DNA of 64,000 bases from an uncultured delta proteobacterium (GCA_963848135.1 CAWKCK010000004.1:186001-250000), one strand, 5' to 3'; shown: positions 52,030 through 63,462, counted from the stretch's first letter. Translations and numbers: made by a program. The notes: generated by a model from the letters alone, not told the origin.

Positions 52030-52320
52030 ATGAGAAATGTTCTTGCCTGTATAGCTGTTGTCGTTCTAAGTTTTATAGTATCTCAATTTCATATGATATA
52101 TACTGCAGATCAAGTGGCAAAATTGTTCGGCTATGTGATCTCATTAGGTTTTCTTCCTTTATTATTTGGTGGATTAATTGGGTGCATAGCGGTTTTTCTT
52201 ATGCATGACAGGCTATTACAAGGACTAAAAGTGAATTGGTATATACCTGTCATTGGTTCTATGGCTTCGTTAATACCTATAGCATATGTCCTATGGTTAA
52301 TGGCACAACCCGAGCACTAA
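52030..52320 (+). CDS. Small membrane protein, candidate immunity protein
   Basis: AT-rich, about 3 hydrophobic segments, directly after the Rhs C-terminal domain. Confidence 0.55.
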   Translation: MRNVLACIAVVVLSFIVSQFHMIYTADQVAKLFGYVISLGFLPLLFGGLIGCIAVFLMHDRLLQGLKVNWYIPVIGSMASLIPIAYVLWLMAQPEH

Positions 52321-52455
52321 ATCTAATTACCAAAGGTGAAAAGTAAACTATGGATAATTTATAGAGAACATGGACTATCCTATTTATTTTTGAAATTATA
52401 AGAAAAATAAAACAAACGAGAATGTGTACAACAAATACTGGTAATTTATAAATCT

Positions 52456-53247
52456 ATGATACTTGCAGTACTTTGCAAAATCTTTCGGTCTCTGTTTTTT
52501 TTGAGCTACTTTTTAAAGTTTTATTCAATAAGGTTTTTTGGACTCTTTGTTTCGTGTAGTTTCATCATTCTTAATTGTAACTCATTTGCTATAGCCCAAA
52601 ATAATTCCTGCGACACCCCACCCTGCACCATAGCCGGCAACGCAGAGTATAAAAAAAATTGGCAATTCTATTGGCTTCCGAGTAACCCACAGACCATCGG
52701 GCGAAGCAGCGAAGCAACGGTCGGCGTATTTGGCGGATATCCGCCTTTTACGTGGACGGTCAGCGGCAATGGTTTTTCTCTGGCAGATGAGGAGACCAGC
52801 GAGCGGAACAATGTGCTCATTTCCAATTCTACTGCCTGCGGATCTGCATCAATTACTGTTACAGACGCCAATGGATATACGACCACAGGCTCGCTGAGAT
52901 GTTCGGCAGGAAAATGGAGTAGTTTAAAACCCGGTTGCGTATTTGGCGGTGTCGATGAGTATGTGTATGAAGGCGGTGCGGAATTTCTTCACAATGGACC
53001 GCTATGGATATTTATAGCAGGAAAATATAAACAGTGGCAAACCATAGGGATGACAGAACCCGGTGACTGTGGTCAAACCTGCGATAGGTGTCCGGAGCAT
53101 TGTGCCTTAAAGGAAAGCGAATCTATTTTATATCAGTGCTCACCTTGTTTAGACAACACCTCGATCGTCCCCTGCCGTATAAGTCAAATTTTGGGGAAAT
53201 GTTGCACGATATTCAAAGTCGATTACAATGAGTGGGTGTGCAATTAA
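52456..53247 (+). CDS. Cys-rich exported hypothetical protein
   Basis: AIAQ cleavage-like site, GGYPPFTW Ig-like motif, many Cys; start uncertain. Confidence 0.65.
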   Translation: MILAVLCKIFRSLFFLSYFLKFYSIRFFGLFVSCSFIILNCNSFAIAQNNSCDTPPCTIAGNAEYKKNWQFYWLPSNPQTIGRSSEATVGVFGGYPPFTWTVSGNGFSLADEETSERNNVLISNSTACGSASITVTDANGYTTTGSLRCSAGKWSSLKPGCVFGGVDEYVYEGGAEFLHNGPLWIFIAGKYKQWQTIGMTEPGDCGQTCDRCPEHCALKESESILYQCSPCLDNTSIVPCRISQILGKCCTIFKVDYNEWVCN

Positions 53248-53311
53248 ATGGCGCGTAGTAGTTTTTGCGCGTGAAATATGTGATCAAATGGTGGGATTAT
53301 GTTTTGGTAAA

Positions 53312-54520
53312 TTAATCTTGGCCTTTGGCATTTTTTTGCTCTGCCACAATTGAAAATGGTTTCTCCCGGCGAAGAGGCTTGACCGTCTTGTCCGCTTCTG
53401 GCGGCCCCTCAACCGTATGATTATTGTTGGCGACGTCTTTTTGCAGGATTTCATATTTGGATTTCAGTTGGGCAAAGGCCATGAGAAGCTTGTCGCTACG
53501 GAGGCGCTCTTTGGCGAGCATCACCCTGACCGTATCCCGTAACTCTTTAGTGTATTCTTCGACACGCCTTTCAAGCGTTTCAACTTGTTTCTCCAACTCA
53601 CGCTGACCGCTTTGTTTGACTGCAGGCACGGGATTGGACGGTGTTTCTGTTTTTCTGTAAGAATAGGCCTCCTTTGGTTCTTCGTATTCATCTTGAAACC
53701 ATCGGTCGACCCCCAAACCCGTATCGCCCGTATCAGCCTTGATTTCTTCCAGCACCTGAGTGCCGATAATCGGAATTTCGTCTGCAAATCCATAGACCAG
53801 GGCGGCGTGGCACAGAATATTGATTGCCCGAGGGATACCGTTGGTCATCCGGTGAATGATATTAACAGCCCCGACTGTGAATAGATCGGGGTTTCCGTCA
53901 ACTGTATCCAATCGGTGGGATATGTATTGCCCGGTTTCTTCCCGGTTGAACGGTTTCAAGTGGTAGTTGATGGCGATGCGCTGCGTCATGGATTCCATGG
54001 CCGGCGTGTTCAGCTTGGCTTTCAGTTCCGGTTGGCCGACCAGCATGATCTGCAACAGCATCTTGTTGCCATCCTGAAGGTTTGACAATAACCGGATTTC
54101 TTCTAAAGCGTCTAAGGACAGGCTTTGGCCTTCATCGATGATAAGCAGGGGGCGTTTGCCCTTGCTGCGCATGTCCATAAGAAAATTGGTCAGCGCCTTG
54201 ATAATACTGGCCTTACTGTCTTTTTCGGGACTGAGCCCAAACTCTTCCAGAATGAGAGACAACAGTTGGTCTGCAGTGACGTTGGTGTTGAATACCACTG
54301 CGACGTTGAATTCATCGTCGAGGTTTCTCAACATGTGGCGAATGATGGTCGTTTTACCGGTTCCGATTTCGCCGGTGAAGAGGATCAGACCCGAGTCGTC
54401 CATCAGGCCGAAATCGAGACTGGAGACGGCATTTTTGTGCTGGCGGCTGAGATAAAGAAAATCGGGATCGGGTGCCAGGTTGAAAGGTTTTTCTGTAAAT
54501 TCGAAAAATTCTTCGTACAT
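53312..54520 (-). CDS. ExeA-like AAA ATPase (exosortase-system associated)
   Basis: MYEEFF...PF...PDP, GEIGTGKTT, IIDEGQ, LVGQPEL, GIPRAIN. Confidence 0.9.
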   Translation of the reverse strand: MYEEFFEFTEKPFNLAPDPDFLYLSRQHKNAVSSLDFGLMDDSGLILFTGEIGTGKTTIIRHMLRNLDDEFNVAVVFNTNVTADQLLSLILEEFGLSPEKDSKASIIKALTNFLMDMRSKGKRPLLIIDEGQSLSLDALEEIRLLSNLQDGNKMLLQIMLVGQPELKAKLNTPAMESMTQRIAINYHLKPFNREETGQYISHRLDTVDGNPDLFTVGAVNIIHRMTNGIPRAINILCHAALVYGFADEIPIIGTQVLEEIKADTGDTGLGVDRWFQDEYEEPKEAYSYRKTETPSNPVPAVKQSGQRELEKQVETLERRVEEYTKELRDTVRVMLAKERLRSDKLLMAFAQLKSKYEILQKDVANNNHTVEGPPEADKTVKPLRREKPFSIVAEQKNAKGQD

Positions 54521-54827
54521 ATCAATACCGTTTTAGAGTGATTTGTAAATATCTAAATTTACATAATTTATAAAATATTAAGCCTAAATGTCAAGGAATA
54601 TGATTCACCAGCTGCACGGGTACCATAGGTCGAACTATAGTCCGCACATTTCATAAAAACCTAATTTGGGCGATTGTCGAGGCTTGCTCGCCGTTGGTGA
54701 CGTTGCCGCAGATACAAGGAAGATGTCGTTCCGCTACATTCAGCTATGCGGGATGGCATATGACGCCATATATGCGGCAACCCTCCAGAGGCGGATAAAG
54801 ATCGGCAATCCCGGTGGGGTTCAAATT

Positions 54828-55165
54828 TTGGTTCTTCTCCGATTTAGATGTTGTATATTGATGCGAAGCTTATGCATGAATCATAGCGTTTTTAAATTGG
54901 CCGCCCGCTCACTCCGCTCGCTCGACAGACGCTGACGGACACAGACTTTTGCCTCCGCGACCTGCGGAGGCAAAACAAGCAGTCGCTACGCGAGGCCATC
55001 CGCTTTTGTGCCTGAAAGGCATGCACCTTTTACCCGGGCAAGTCGCCCGGGTAAAAAGGGTTTGTCTGCGTTATGTCTGCGTGCGTCTGCGGTTAATTTA
55101 TACTTTTATTTTAATAAGATATGAATAATGTACCCGCAAAAAACACCAACTTTTTTGGAGATAAT
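54828..55165 (-). repeat. Repeat C, copy 3 (inverted)
   Basis: Reverse complement of 46962..47299. Confidence 0.9.
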
Positions 55166-55759
55166 CCCAAATTTTAAAATCAAACGATAAAAGAATTCCT
55201 TATAAATAAAGCAGTTTTCCCTCCATTCAAAATTTGAAACGCTCACTTTAGGAAAAAGTAAAACGCACTTATCGGCTGCAAGACCTGACACCGCACCCCT
55301 GAAGTTGATAAAATTCGGTAAGCTTGAAATTCATTCAAAATGGTTTTAGCTTACACTGTAGACTTTTATGGGAAAGACAATCTCCACTATCGATTCAGTC
55401 TTGTCGTGGCATGAACATCCATGCTGGGACAAACCCGTTAAGGCAGGGAATAAAGATCGCCAAGGTGACAGGCTTCGAGATTAATACCCGAATGTTTCAT
55501 GAAATCTTTTCATCGAGCAATAATAAAAGAAGCCATATCGGGGTATTGGTCAAACTCATGAACCGGATAACCGAGGGACACATTGTACCTCCCCAACATG
55601 TAATGAAAGAGCTAAAAAGATTGCTCCCTTCGGGCCAACCGGAGGCTCCCATGGCCGGCGTTATTCGAGGATCGCGGTAGATTGACTACAGCATTACCTC
55701 GAAATGCCTTGGACATAAAAGCCTCCAATTGATGAAATCTCCGGGCTAAAGAGGACAAC

Positions 55760-56035
55760 ATGATCGCCTATTTCGTGCATAACCAAAAGGAACAAAGCGA
55801 CACCATTGTTTTGCCGGATCTGGGGTGCAGCGTGCCGGTGGATGAATCGGGTGTCAAAAATTTCATCGCCGTGAATCCTGATTTCCAGGGGCTGTCTGGA
55901 GATGCCTGTGGGCACATGAAGCCGGAAGATTATGGGACTATCGTGGCCACCCGCGACGAATGCGGCGATGTGAATGTAATTAAAAAGGCTTTGTGGCAAG
56001 ATCGCCTGAATCATCATCTCGGCGGCGGGCGATAA
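55760..56035 (+). CDS. Hypothetical protein
   Basis: RBS GAGGA, 91 aa, plausible composition. Confidence 0.6.
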   Translation: MIAYFVHNQKEQSDTIVLPDLGCSVPVDESGVKNFIAVNPDFQGLSGDACGHMKPEDYGTIVATRDECGDVNVIKKALWQDRLNHHLGGGR

Positions 56036-56600
56036 CGAATGGTCGGGTCGAGCCCAATCCGGTTCGATAGATCAACAACTTCGTTATCGAAATATTAATC
56101 ATCGGTAAATCCCCAGCTTTTCCGGGGCGAATGCCAAAGCTTGACAGTTCCGGGAGTTAACAGCGACCGGAGATGATGGTTATTATATAATTCAATAACC
56201 GGTTGGTTATCCGGAATAACAGTTATAAAAGTCCACTTTGAGCGGTTCACAAACTATTTCCCAAGTTGAGCGTTTCATATTCTAGAAATATGAAAATTAA
56301 TAATAATAAGGAATTCTGCCCATCGGAATTTCGGAAAAATAAAACCCTGAAATTTGAATTTTGTGTTTTTTGGGTAATTATTTCATATGTTATAGCACAA
56401 TAACAGAGCCTGTATACAGTTGAACAGTGACGCACGCACTATTGGCCCTTTTTAGGCTTTGTCTGCCCGTAATATCCGCCTCAGGCGGGTCACCGCATCT
56501 GCGGCGTCAAATGCCGTCCCGCATAGTCCACTATAGCGGAACAAGATTTTCCTTGTACCTGCGGCAAACTTGAAAATCGCTCAATTTGGGTATTTAATAG

Positions 56601-57305
56601 ATGATCATGAAACCATTTACTTTCATATGCACCTTAGGCTGGATCGCCGCGAGTGTGCCGGTTGTATTTGCAGACATCTATGTTTGGACGGATTCGAATG
56701 GGGTAAAGAATTTCACCAACTATGCACCGCCTGACACGGCGGTCGTTTTTATGGAAACCCCTGAAATTGAGGCAGGGATCCCGGTGGCAGAAACGGCTGC
56801 AGAGATAGCGCGCAATGCTTCCGAACCCTTGCCATCGGAATTGTTGCGGAATTCTCAGGAAGAGATCGAGGCGTTGACAGAACAGGTAGAAGGGTTGCGA
56901 AAAGAGCTGCGAGAAGCCCTGGAACCGGTTCCAGAGCAACCACCGCTCGATGAAACCGTGGTGACTGAGTCAACGGAGCGGATCGGATACCGAACCTCGA
57001 TCGGATATGGTTATTATCCCGGATACGATCCATATGGCTATCTCTGGTACCGCAAGTTCAAAAAGCATCACCGGCGACCGGGTTACGGCCACGGCGGGCA
57101 CAAAAAGGCGGTACCCTATAAACATCGGGTAACACTTCACGGGTACAGCGGTAAAAAGATTGGTCAGCGTGGTGTTAGAACCGGCAGGGGGCATTCCGGA
57201 TTTCAAAAGTCAGGCAGCATCAGGCATCGTTCCCATGCGGGTGGATCCCGCAGGCATAGCGCTTCTCGGGTAGGACACCGGGGCGGTATGCCGTCGAGAC
57301 GCTAA
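56601..57305 (+). CDS. DUF4124-domain exported protein with His/Arg/Gly-rich tail
   Basis: ADIYVWTDSNGVKNFTN.AP. Confidence 0.8.
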   Translation: MIMKPFTFICTLGWIAASVPVVFADIYVWTDSNGVKNFTNYAPPDTAVVFMETPEIEAGIPVAETAAEIARNASEPLPSELLRNSQEEIEALTEQVEGLRKELREALEPVPEQPPLDETVVTESTERIGYRTSIGYGYYPGYDPYGYLWYRKFKKHHRRPGYGHGGHKKAVPYKHRVTLHGYSGKKIGQRGVRTGRGHSGFQKSGSIRHRSHAGGSRRHSASRVGHRGGMPSRR

Positions 57306-57566
57306 TCTGGATATTTCACGCCCCTGAGGGATTCATTGGTAAGGCACTCAAGGGTGCAGCCGTAGTTATACCTACTGCAACCCCTTGTTAACGCGGCCAA
57401 TGGATGCCTCAGGGTGTGCCCAAAGGGTGAAATCTTTTGGATTTTTTTCTAAATATCATAAGTTGCAAATTGTACCCTGAAGGTTATGTTTCAATGTCAG
57501 TTCAAGTATATAGAATTCTACAATTTTACTAGTAGTATAGAACAGACTTCATGAAATATTCAGGCT
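57305..57566. mobile_element. MITE family M1
   Basis: Reverse-complement paralogue of 6457..6716; CTAA on both flanks. Confidence 0.85.
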
Positions 57567-57767
57567 AATAATCCCCGGCATTCTCCTCCACCAAAAAGAC
57601 TTTTCGCCCGATCCACCAGAGCCGGACGAGTTTCTTCGTTGCGCCCCCGTTTCAAGCCCTCGACAGACTTGAGTCTGCCTGCGGGTGCAGTCCATATGCA
57701 GTGTTGAAGCGGATGTAAAATCCGCGCAGCGGGGATCCTTGGTCTGCCTTGATCTCGACCGAAAATC

Positions 57768-60700
57768 CTAAGTTTGAGATGCTGGGTTATCCAGAATACG
57801 GCGAATCATCTTGGACACTTTGTACATATCGAACGGTTTCTGAATAAATTCACTACAGCCCATTGCAAGCATCTCCGTTGCGATGTCGTCCATGCTGTAG
57901 CCACTCGATACGAGCACCTTCACCTCGGGCTCGATCTTCTGCAGTTTCTGATATGTTTGGCGCCCATCCATACCGGGCATGATCATGTCCAGAATGACCA
58001 GTGCAATATTTTGCGACTTTTCGCCATAAATACCGACGGCTTCCTCACCGCTTCGAGCGGTTAGCACCGTGTATCCCATGTCATTGAGCATTGCCTTGCA
58101 AGCCTCCAGGATGTAGTGCTCGTCATCGATGATCAATATGGTTTCAGAGCCCCAGTAGATGCTTTCGTCTGTTTCTTCTTCCGAATGCAGCGGTTTTTCA
58201 GTGGCCGGCAGATAGATAAAAAATGTCGTTCCCACCATCGGCCGGCTTGCAAAATCTATGATTCCCGAATGGTTGTTGACGATACCGAACGCCGATGCCA
58301 ATCCCAGGCCGGTTCCACTGCCGATGGTCTTGGTGGTAAAAAATGGTTCAAAAACGTGGGCCTGAACATCCTGGGCTATTCCTATACCGGTGTCCTTTAC
58401 AGAGATCTTGACATAGCGACCGGACGTTACTTTGTACGGTTGAACAAACTCTTTATCCAAATAAACGTTACTGGTTTGCAGATGCAGGACGCCTTTTTGA
58501 GCCATGGCCTGGTAACCATTCAGGTACACGTTGACGAGAACCTGTTCGATCTGGATTCTATCAACGTCGACGACCCAGATATCCTCCTGGTATGATGCGA
58601 CAATTTGAACTTCCTTGCGGGTGCGGCCGAACATTTCGGCCGTTTTTCTGACCAAATCGTTCAAGTTCGTTGGTTTGACCATATATTTACCGCCGCGGGC
58701 ATATCCAAGAAGCTGCCGTGTCAGGTTAGCACCACTTTGAACGCAGCGTTCGATGCTCCTGACATTTTCGATGTTCGGATTTGCCGTATCGAGAGCCGAG
58801 AGCATGAGGCTCGCGTTGCCCTGGATGCCCATAAGCAGGTTGTTGAAGTCATGGGCGATACCGCCGGCCAAACGTCCCAGGGCTTCGAGGCGCTGGGTCC
58901 TGTGGAGATGCTCGGTCAGCCGCCGGCGCTCTTTCTTGTCTTTCAAGCGCCGCGTGACATCACGGCCGATTCCGCGATAACCGCAGGGGAGGCCTGTAGC
59001 ATCATGAATCAGCGAGGCAGACAGTTCGATGAACCGCTTGCCCCCGTCCTTGTTGATGATCTCAACCTCTATGGCTCTGCGGGGCTTTCCGGTTTGGTAA
59101 ATGTCGGCAAAGATCCTGAGAATCCGCTGAGCGGTATGCGGGCGGGTGAATCGGCGGATATTCATGCCCAGCAATTCACTTCCGGGCAGTCCAAGAGCGC
59201 GGGTTGTCGCATGGTTGTAGAATGTGAATTTACCTTTCAGATCGGTTTCGAAATAACCTTCCTCGATGCTCTCCAGTATGTTTCTGTATTTTTCTTCTTT
59301 TTCCCGCAATTCGGCTTCGGTGCCGAGGCGTTGCTCTACTTCGTGTTGTAATTCGATATTGACTTTCTCCAGGTCGGCTGTCCGCTCCAGCACGAGTTCT
59401 TCCAATCGGGTGCGATATTCTTTCAATTCGGCTTCGGCTGTTTTGCGGGCTGTGGTGTTACGCATTGAACCGATAATTTTTTCCGGTTTTCCGCGTTCAT
59501 CTTTTTTGAGCATCGCATTCACCGAGTAGTAAACCGGTTCTCCGCGATTGTCCTTCAATACGATTTCGTAGTCGGTCACACTCTCCTGGGAGAGGAGAGT
59601 GTCGATGAATATTTTCCGCGAATCGGGATCGTTATAGAAGCGATTGACATTGGAGCCGATTAGACGGTCTCTCTTGAGCTCTGAGATTTTTTCGATGGAC
59701 GGGCTGATTTCTAAAACGGTGCCGTCCATGGCGGTTTCATAATAAGCGTCCTGAATATTTTCAAAGATACCGATGTATTTTTCCTGGGTGTCTCGGATGG
59801 CGGTCTTCATGCGTGCGAAAGCATCTCCGGTTTCGCTTATCTCTTTGTAGCGGGATTTCAGCTGGAACTGAGTCGTCAGATCGTTGTTCTTTACAGCGAG
59901 GGCGGCTTTCTCCAAATCGGCCATGGGGCGCAGGATGGTGCGGGCCAGGAGAAGTGCCATCAATGTCGCGAAAACCGACAGGGCCAGGGTTAAAAGGATA
60001 TTGTCGCGCCGGTTTTTCTTGAGGGTGCCGAGGTAGTCGTCTTCGGGCAAGTGAACGGCGATGATCCAGGGCCAGTTGGAAAAAGAGAACGGCGTCAACA
60101 TCGCGTGATGGTATTCCCCGTTGTGTTTGAAGCGTGCAAATTGGGATTTCTTCATATGGTAGCGTCCATCGGGCCCGGCCTTCATGTCCATTGCTGAGAA
60201 GGCTTTGCGGCTGAGGACATCGTCCAATTCCTCTATCTTTGCGAGACGGTAACCGTCTGAAGGACCGTTGCCGGTCGTTTTAATTTTTTCAAGATCCGGG
60301 AAGGCAACGACATCGCCATTGTTGTTGATCATGAAAGCGCGGCCATGTTTGCCGATGTTCATGTTGCCGATAAATCGCGATAACTGGTCGATCTCGATAT
60401 CCACCCCGATGACCCCCTGGAGCGTGCCCCCGTCATCGTATGTGGGGCCGGCAATGGTGATGCCGGGTTTTTGGGACGTATAAAAAATATACGGATCGGT
60501 CCAGACGATCTGGCGTTGAGCATCGGCGCTCTTATACCACGGTCGGTTACGGGGATCGAAATCGTCTTGAGTGTCGTACGTTTTGGCAATGACGTTCAAA
60601 TGCTCATCGCGCCATATGAGCCGTGTGCTGTGCGTGTCGTTTTTGTGTTGTATGATTTTGGTTCGAAATGCCGCACCCGGTTTCTGCGTGTCACGGCTGA

Positions 60701-61049
60701 CATAGAAAAAGTCGCCATCCGGTTGTCCAAGGTAAATGCCGGCAAAGTGGTGGTAAATCGCAAGTTGGTCCAGAAAGTAACGCTCCAGACTGTCGAAACT
60801 TTCCTCGTTAATACCGACAACATTGGCGCTGACCAATCGGCGGGTAAGGGTGGCGGCGGCATGGGCATGGGCCAGGTGATTTTGGGACTGCTCCATCGCC
60901 AGGTCGGCGATATTTTCCATGATATCCATGGCATGTTGATTCAAGACTTTTTCGGAAGAGATGTAGGTCGAGGTTGTCGTTGTCAGATATGTTCCCCAGA
61001 TCAAGACGAGAAAGCCGACAATCAGGGCCCAGCGGATGGATAGCTTCAT
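57768..61049 (-). CDS. Hybrid sensor histidine kinase (Cache, HAMP, 2xPAS, HisKA/HATPase, REC)
   Basis: RPWY, WTDPY, GIAHDFNN, FEPFFTTK, GTGLGL, LDMIMPGMDG. Confidence 0.95.
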   Translation of the reverse strand: MKLSIRWALIVGFLVLIWGTYLTTTTSTYISSEKVLNQHAMDIMENIADLAMEQSQNHLAHAHAAATLTRRLVSANVVGINEESFDSLERYFLDQLAIYHHFAGIYLGQPDGDFFYVSRDTQKPGAAFRTKIIQHKNDTHSTRLIWRDEHLNVIAKTYDTQDDFDPRNRPWYKSADAQRQIVWTDPYIFYTSQKPGITIAGPTYDDGGTLQGVIGVDIEIDQLSRFIGNMNIGKHGRAFMINNNGDVVAFPDLEKIKTTGNGPSDGYRLAKIEELDDVLSRKAFSAMDMKAGPDGRYHMKKSQFARFKHNGEYHHAMLTPFSFSNWPWIIAVHLPEDDYLGTLKKNRRDNILLTLALSVFATLMALLLARTILRPMADLEKAALAVKNNDLTTQFQLKSRYKEISETGDAFARMKTAIRDTQEKYIGIFENIQDAYYETAMDGTVLEISPSIEKISELKRDRLIGSNVNRFYNDPDSRKIFIDTLLSQESVTDYEIVLKDNRGEPVYYSVNAMLKKDERGKPEKIIGSMRNTTARKTAEAELKEYRTRLEELVLERTADLEKVNIELQHEVEQRLGTEAELREKEEKYRNILESIEEGYFETDLKGKFTFYNHATTRALGLPGSELLGMNIRRFTRPHTAQRILRIFADIYQTGKPRRAIEVEIINKDGGKRFIELSASLIHDATGLPCGYRGIGRDVTRRLKDKKERRRLTEHLHRTQRLEALGRLAGGIAHDFNNLLMGIQGNASLMLSALDTANPNIENVRSIERCVQSGANLTRQLLGYARGGKYMVKPTNLNDLVRKTAEMFGRTRKEVQIVASYQEDIWVVDVDRIQIEQVLVNVYLNGYQAMAQKGVLHLQTSNVYLDKEFVQPYKVTSGRYVKISVKDTGIGIAQDVQAHVFEPFFTTKTIGSGTGLGLASAFGIVNNHSGIIDFASRPMVGTTFFIYLPATEKPLHSEEETDESIYWGSETILIIDDEHYILEACKAMLNDMGYTVLTARSGEEAVGIYGEKSQNIALVILDMIMPGMDGRQTYQKLQKIEPEVKVLVSSGYSMDDIATEMLAMGCSEFIQKPFDMYKVSKMIRRILDNPASQT

Positions 61050-61331
61050 GAGTCCGTCCCCATTCATTAAACTTGATACACTCCTGCGCAGAATACCGGA
61101 ACCGTATCAAGTCTATTGGCAAGCCCCCCGGTTTGTCCATAGTTAGTTTCCGTCCTAAAATGGTCTTTCTCCCCAATTTCGGCGACAATCACCCTGAAGG
61201 CGGACACGCCGTCAGAATTGTTTCTGAGAAAAACGAAAGCATGTCTCCGCATAATTACTTGATTTAATTTAACTTGCAGGAAATGACGCCTTTCTGGATC
61301 GGAAACCGGTCAATCCAGAGATGGCGCCTAT

Positions 61332-61862
61332 TCAGTCCTTGCTGGGGTGGGGTAGGTTGCGGGGTTGCGCGAGGGTCCACCGCGCGAAACGGTTCAGAAC
61401 GATGCCGACCGCACAGCACAAAACGATCCAGCCATCTTTGAAGCCCTCAAAGAGAAGCGAATGAACGATATCGGACCATCCGGCATGGCCTTGAGACCAA
61501 TGAACTTCGAACGGCCAGAAAAATGAGACGGAGGATTCCGTTAAAAATGCATCGGCAAACACGTGCGATAAAAGGAGCATGACCGACAACCGGTAACTGA
61601 GGCCCTGGATGCCCAACCAGCGGCGAGCAACGAAATATGCCACGAATCCGGCAGTAAAAGCAAATACGAGACTATGGGTCGGTCCGCGGTGAAACGCGTT
61701 CCCGTTCCACTTGAGCACTAAACCGATTATGACGTCTATATCAGGCAGGTTGGCAAGGATGGCGATGAAAAGGAAGCGTTTCCAGCGGCGGAAAGCCGAA
61801 TCTCCGACGCCGGTTTCATATGTAATCAAGCCAATGGCGGTATGTCCGAGAGGCAAAGGCAT
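61332..61862 (-). CDS. Metal-dependent hydrolase (YdjM/DUF457-like)
   Basis: H...LPDID...HRGPTHS...SH..AD. Confidence 0.85.
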   Translation of the reverse strand: MPLPLGHTAIGLITYETGVGDSAFRRWKRFLFIAILANLPDIDVIIGLVLKWNGNAFHRGPTHSLVFAFTAGFVAYFVARRWLGIQGLSYRLSVMLLLSHVFADAFLTESSVSFFWPFEVHWSQGHAGWSDIVHSLLFEGFKDGWIVLCCAVGIVLNRFARWTLAQPRNLPHPSKD

Positions 61863-62654
61863 AGTGGTCCTCACTTATATGTTGGGTGGAAACGATGGTA
61901 AACGTTACCAGGGCGCCACCTTTGGTTTTTAGATTCATTCGCAATTTGAATTCTTCCGAAAAAACCGGGGCAATGGCCTTTGGCCAGCTCAAAGCGGTCT
62001 TTTGTTACCATTGTCGAGATATGTGGAGAAAGCAGATTCCATGCCATAATTGCTGTTTGATGAAAGGCGCTATTTTTTACAAGTATCTCAGGTGGATCTT
62101 ACTAGTGACGTGGTCGCTTACATTGGTAGGGATGTCGTAAATTGTGTAATTAATTTCCTAATTTGATGACGTTTTCCTCTCAACCTGGGTATAAAAAAGC
62201 GTAAGGAAATCCCAAGTTGTTGATAGTTATCAATTCTTGCGGCGCCTTACGGTTGGCCGATTCCTTACGCTCATTTTCCTGGTAGCACTGTCGAGCATTG
62301 GCGTCAATAGCAACCTGGGTTATCAGGCTTGTGAAAAACAATGCGCTTAATTAGACGGCGTTAATGGCTGAACCGGGGGTCTTACCCCCGCTTCGGCGAA
62401 AATGCTCATTTATCAATCATAAACGCCGCTTTTCAGTCGGATTTTTCCTTGTCTTGCCGGCACTTATGCCGTTATTCAATACCCTTGCTGCTAAATCACG
62501 GACAATGGCTCTTGCTCGAAAAATTTAAAAATCTTATAATTATAATCGAATCTGGATACAGGGCTGAATCGATAACACTGACGCTGAACCGAAACTGCAT
62601 TGCCGGGCACCGATGGGGGTAACGGTATTGAAATCGGTCGGCTGATTCCGCGAT

Positions 62655-63314
62655 GTGGGGTTGCGCATGTTGAATGCCAGATCGAGACTCATCATTGTGC
62701 GTGTGGGAAATACGATTACCTTCAGCAGTTTGAAAACGATCGGTGATGGAATCCTGGAAACATTTCACGGCATGATCGAGGCGGTAGAGTTGGCGCACCA
62801 CAATGCCCCGACGATGGACAGCATCGATGCCGAACTCCTGACCATGATCCTGCATGACGAGTACGGCGGGCACACGCTCGGTATCACCGATGCGGATTTA
62901 AGAACCGAGGACGACGACGAGTTTTACAATTCGATTTTTGGCGGTAAAAACACCAAGAATGATGTGGCTGTTGTATCCACCAATAAATTGAGCCCGAAAA
63001 ACATCAACACTAGAGGCGAATACGAGCTGTTCATCCAGCGGACACTGAAGGTATCCCTGCATGAAGTCGGTCACAATTTCGGATTGGCCGACCATCCTTC
63101 CTTCCGCACCGCATCCAACGGGGCGCTTTGTCCCATGAGTCGCGGCGAGCAAAACAAGTTCGGTACTATCGGATATGTTCTGGCTGTGATAGATGGTCGC
63201 GGGAAGAATTTCTGTGACGAGTGCTGCCACTTTTTAAGCCAAATCTATGGTTTCCGGGATACTGGCAGTCGACCGGTAAACGCTGGACCGGACCATCCTT
63301 CATCGAAATCATAA
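62655..63314 (+). CDS. Archaemetzincin-like zinc metallopeptidase
   Basis: HEVGHNFGLADH, C.M, FCDEC; start uncertain. Confidence 0.7.
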   Translation: MGLRMLNARSRLIIVRVGNTITFSSLKTIGDGILETFHGMIEAVELAHHNAPTMDSIDAELLTMILHDEYGGHTLGITDADLRTEDDDEFYNSIFGGKNTKNDVAVVSTNKLSPKNINTRGEYELFIQRTLKVSLHEVGHNFGLADHPSFRTASNGALCPMSRGEQNKFGTIGYVLAVIDGRGKNFCDECCHFLSQIYGFRDTGSRPVNAGPDHPSSKS

Positions 63315-63462
63315 GGTTCAAAATCCGGGGCAATGGTTCGTGGAAACCGTGTCCGAACGGGGCCGGGAAGGGTTATCGTTGCAATTCCGGCAAGATCAGC
63401 GTTAAACGATAGGTGAAGATTTTAACAAGATCGTTTATATAAACTGATGTGCTCGCACTGCC

